Assembly: GCA_015492645.1 (NCBI GenBank) | Contig: WGER01000001.1 | Coordinates: 15,926 to 79,925, forward strand | Direction: 5' to 3' | Origin: Nitrospirota bacterium | GTDB lineage: Bacteria > Nitrospirota > Thermodesulfovibrionia > Thermodesulfovibrionales > JdFR-85 | DNA length: 64,000 nucleotides | Part shown: piece by piece, positions 63,350-64,000 of the stretch | Layout: each line of letters opens with the position of its first letter | Position numbering within the stretch: the stretch's first letter is position 1 | Translations under genes and position numbers: made by a program | Notes under the pieces: model-generated | What the model saw: only the letters and a program-made list of their open reading frames with translations | The model's database searches: none | Told to the model about the DNA's origin: nothing

Positions 63350-64000
63350 TTGGAAGAGACGACTGAATTGATCCTGCAGAGGAAGAGGAAACTCAAGGAA
63401 CTCCGTGAGATGGGTATAGACCCTTACGGGGGCCCCTATGAATGTACCCACTCGGCCGCTGAACTACTTGGGCAGTACCAGGACTATGATGGACAGGACC
63501 TGGAGCAGTTGTCAGTCAGGTGTTCGGTGGCCGGCAGACTGATGGCATGGAGGTCCTTTGGCAAGGCAGTATTCTCCCATCTGCAGGACGCCACAGGCCG
63601 GATTCAGGTCTACTTCAGGAAAGACATACTCGGTGAAAGGTTCTCTCTTCTCAAAAAACTGGATATAGGCGATATCATTGGTGTGAAGGGATACCTATTC
63701 AAGACAAAGACAGGTGAACTCACCATAATGGTTGAGGAGTTCGTCCTCCTCTCAAAGTGTCTGAGACCACTGCCTGAGAAGTGGCATGGTCTGAGGGACA
63801 TAGAGTTAAGATACAGACAGCGGTATCTCGATCTTATAGTGAACCCCCAGGTGAGAGAGACCTTCCTGAAGAGGGCAAGGATTATAAGATTTATAAGGCA
63901 GTTCCTTGAAAACGAAGGGTTTATAGAAGTGGAGACCCCGATGATGCAGCCAATCCCCGGGGGTGCCACTGCGAGGCCCTTCAAGACCCACCATAATGCA
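63350..64000 (+). CDS. lysS: lysine--tRNA ligase (class II), N-terminal 217 aa (3' end outside window)
   Basis: Not in the ORF track. TTG start behind GGGAGG. Translation is LEETTELILQRKRKL...OB-fold...RYRQRYLDLI...GFIEVETPMMQPIPGGATARPF. Confidence 0.9.
   Translation, partial: MEETTELILQRKRKLKELREMGIDPYGGPYECTHSAAELLGQYQDYDGQDLEQLSVRCSVAGRLMAWRSFGKAVFSHLQDATGRIQVYFRKDILGERFSLLKKLDIGDIIGVKGYLFKTKTGELTIMVEEFVLLSKCLRPLPEKWHGLRDIELRYRQRYLDLIVNPQVRETFLKRARIIRFIRQFLENEGFIEVETPMMQPIPGGATARPFKTHHNA

Noticed and set aside
63610-63984. 124-aa and 62-aa minus-strand ORFs
   Set aside because: They are antisense to the clearly recognisable lysS coding frame, which is missing from the ORF track because it runs off the window.

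Overview
Dense bacterial chromosomal window with coding on both strands and no obvious mobile elements or CRISPR. The gene content suggests an anaerobic, sulfur- and metal-handling lineage, but taxonomy cannot be assigned from the sequence alone. Housekeeping blocks are gap-pgk-ftsB, valS, nadC, the classical rpsU-yqeY-nif3-dnaG-rpoD operon, yggS-proC-yggT-divIVA-hisS, aat, tRNA-Lys/tRNA-Glu and lysS. Four points stand out. (1) Two genes are split or truncated by the ORF track at in-frame TGA codons that align to catalytic or transport cysteines, each followed by a SECIS-like hairpin: a DsbC-like oxidoreductase (UxxC) and a YeeE/YedE-family transporter. (2) A ~12 kb accessory cluster (28.7-40.9 kb) carries NosL, a PCuAC-like chaperone, TlpA, three MacB/FtsX permeases, two ABC ATPases, a Cys-motif polytopic membrane protein and two paralogous beta-propeller proteins with a C-terminal CxxCH. 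No client cuproenzyme is visible. (3) A truncated sox locus (trx-like, periplasmic DsrE-like, soxYZB) lies behind a consensus sigma-54 promoter. It is followed by a PhnD-like binding protein, a histidine kinase, an NtrC-type activator, a second YeeE and a DUF302 protein. (4) About a dozen operon-first genes have a TGnTAnAAT-type -10 box only 5-8 nt upstream of the ATG with no Shine-Dalgarno, implying leaderless mRNAs. A dispersed intergenic repeat family also recurs upstream of several operons. All calls come from reading the sequence and ORF translations; no database search was run.
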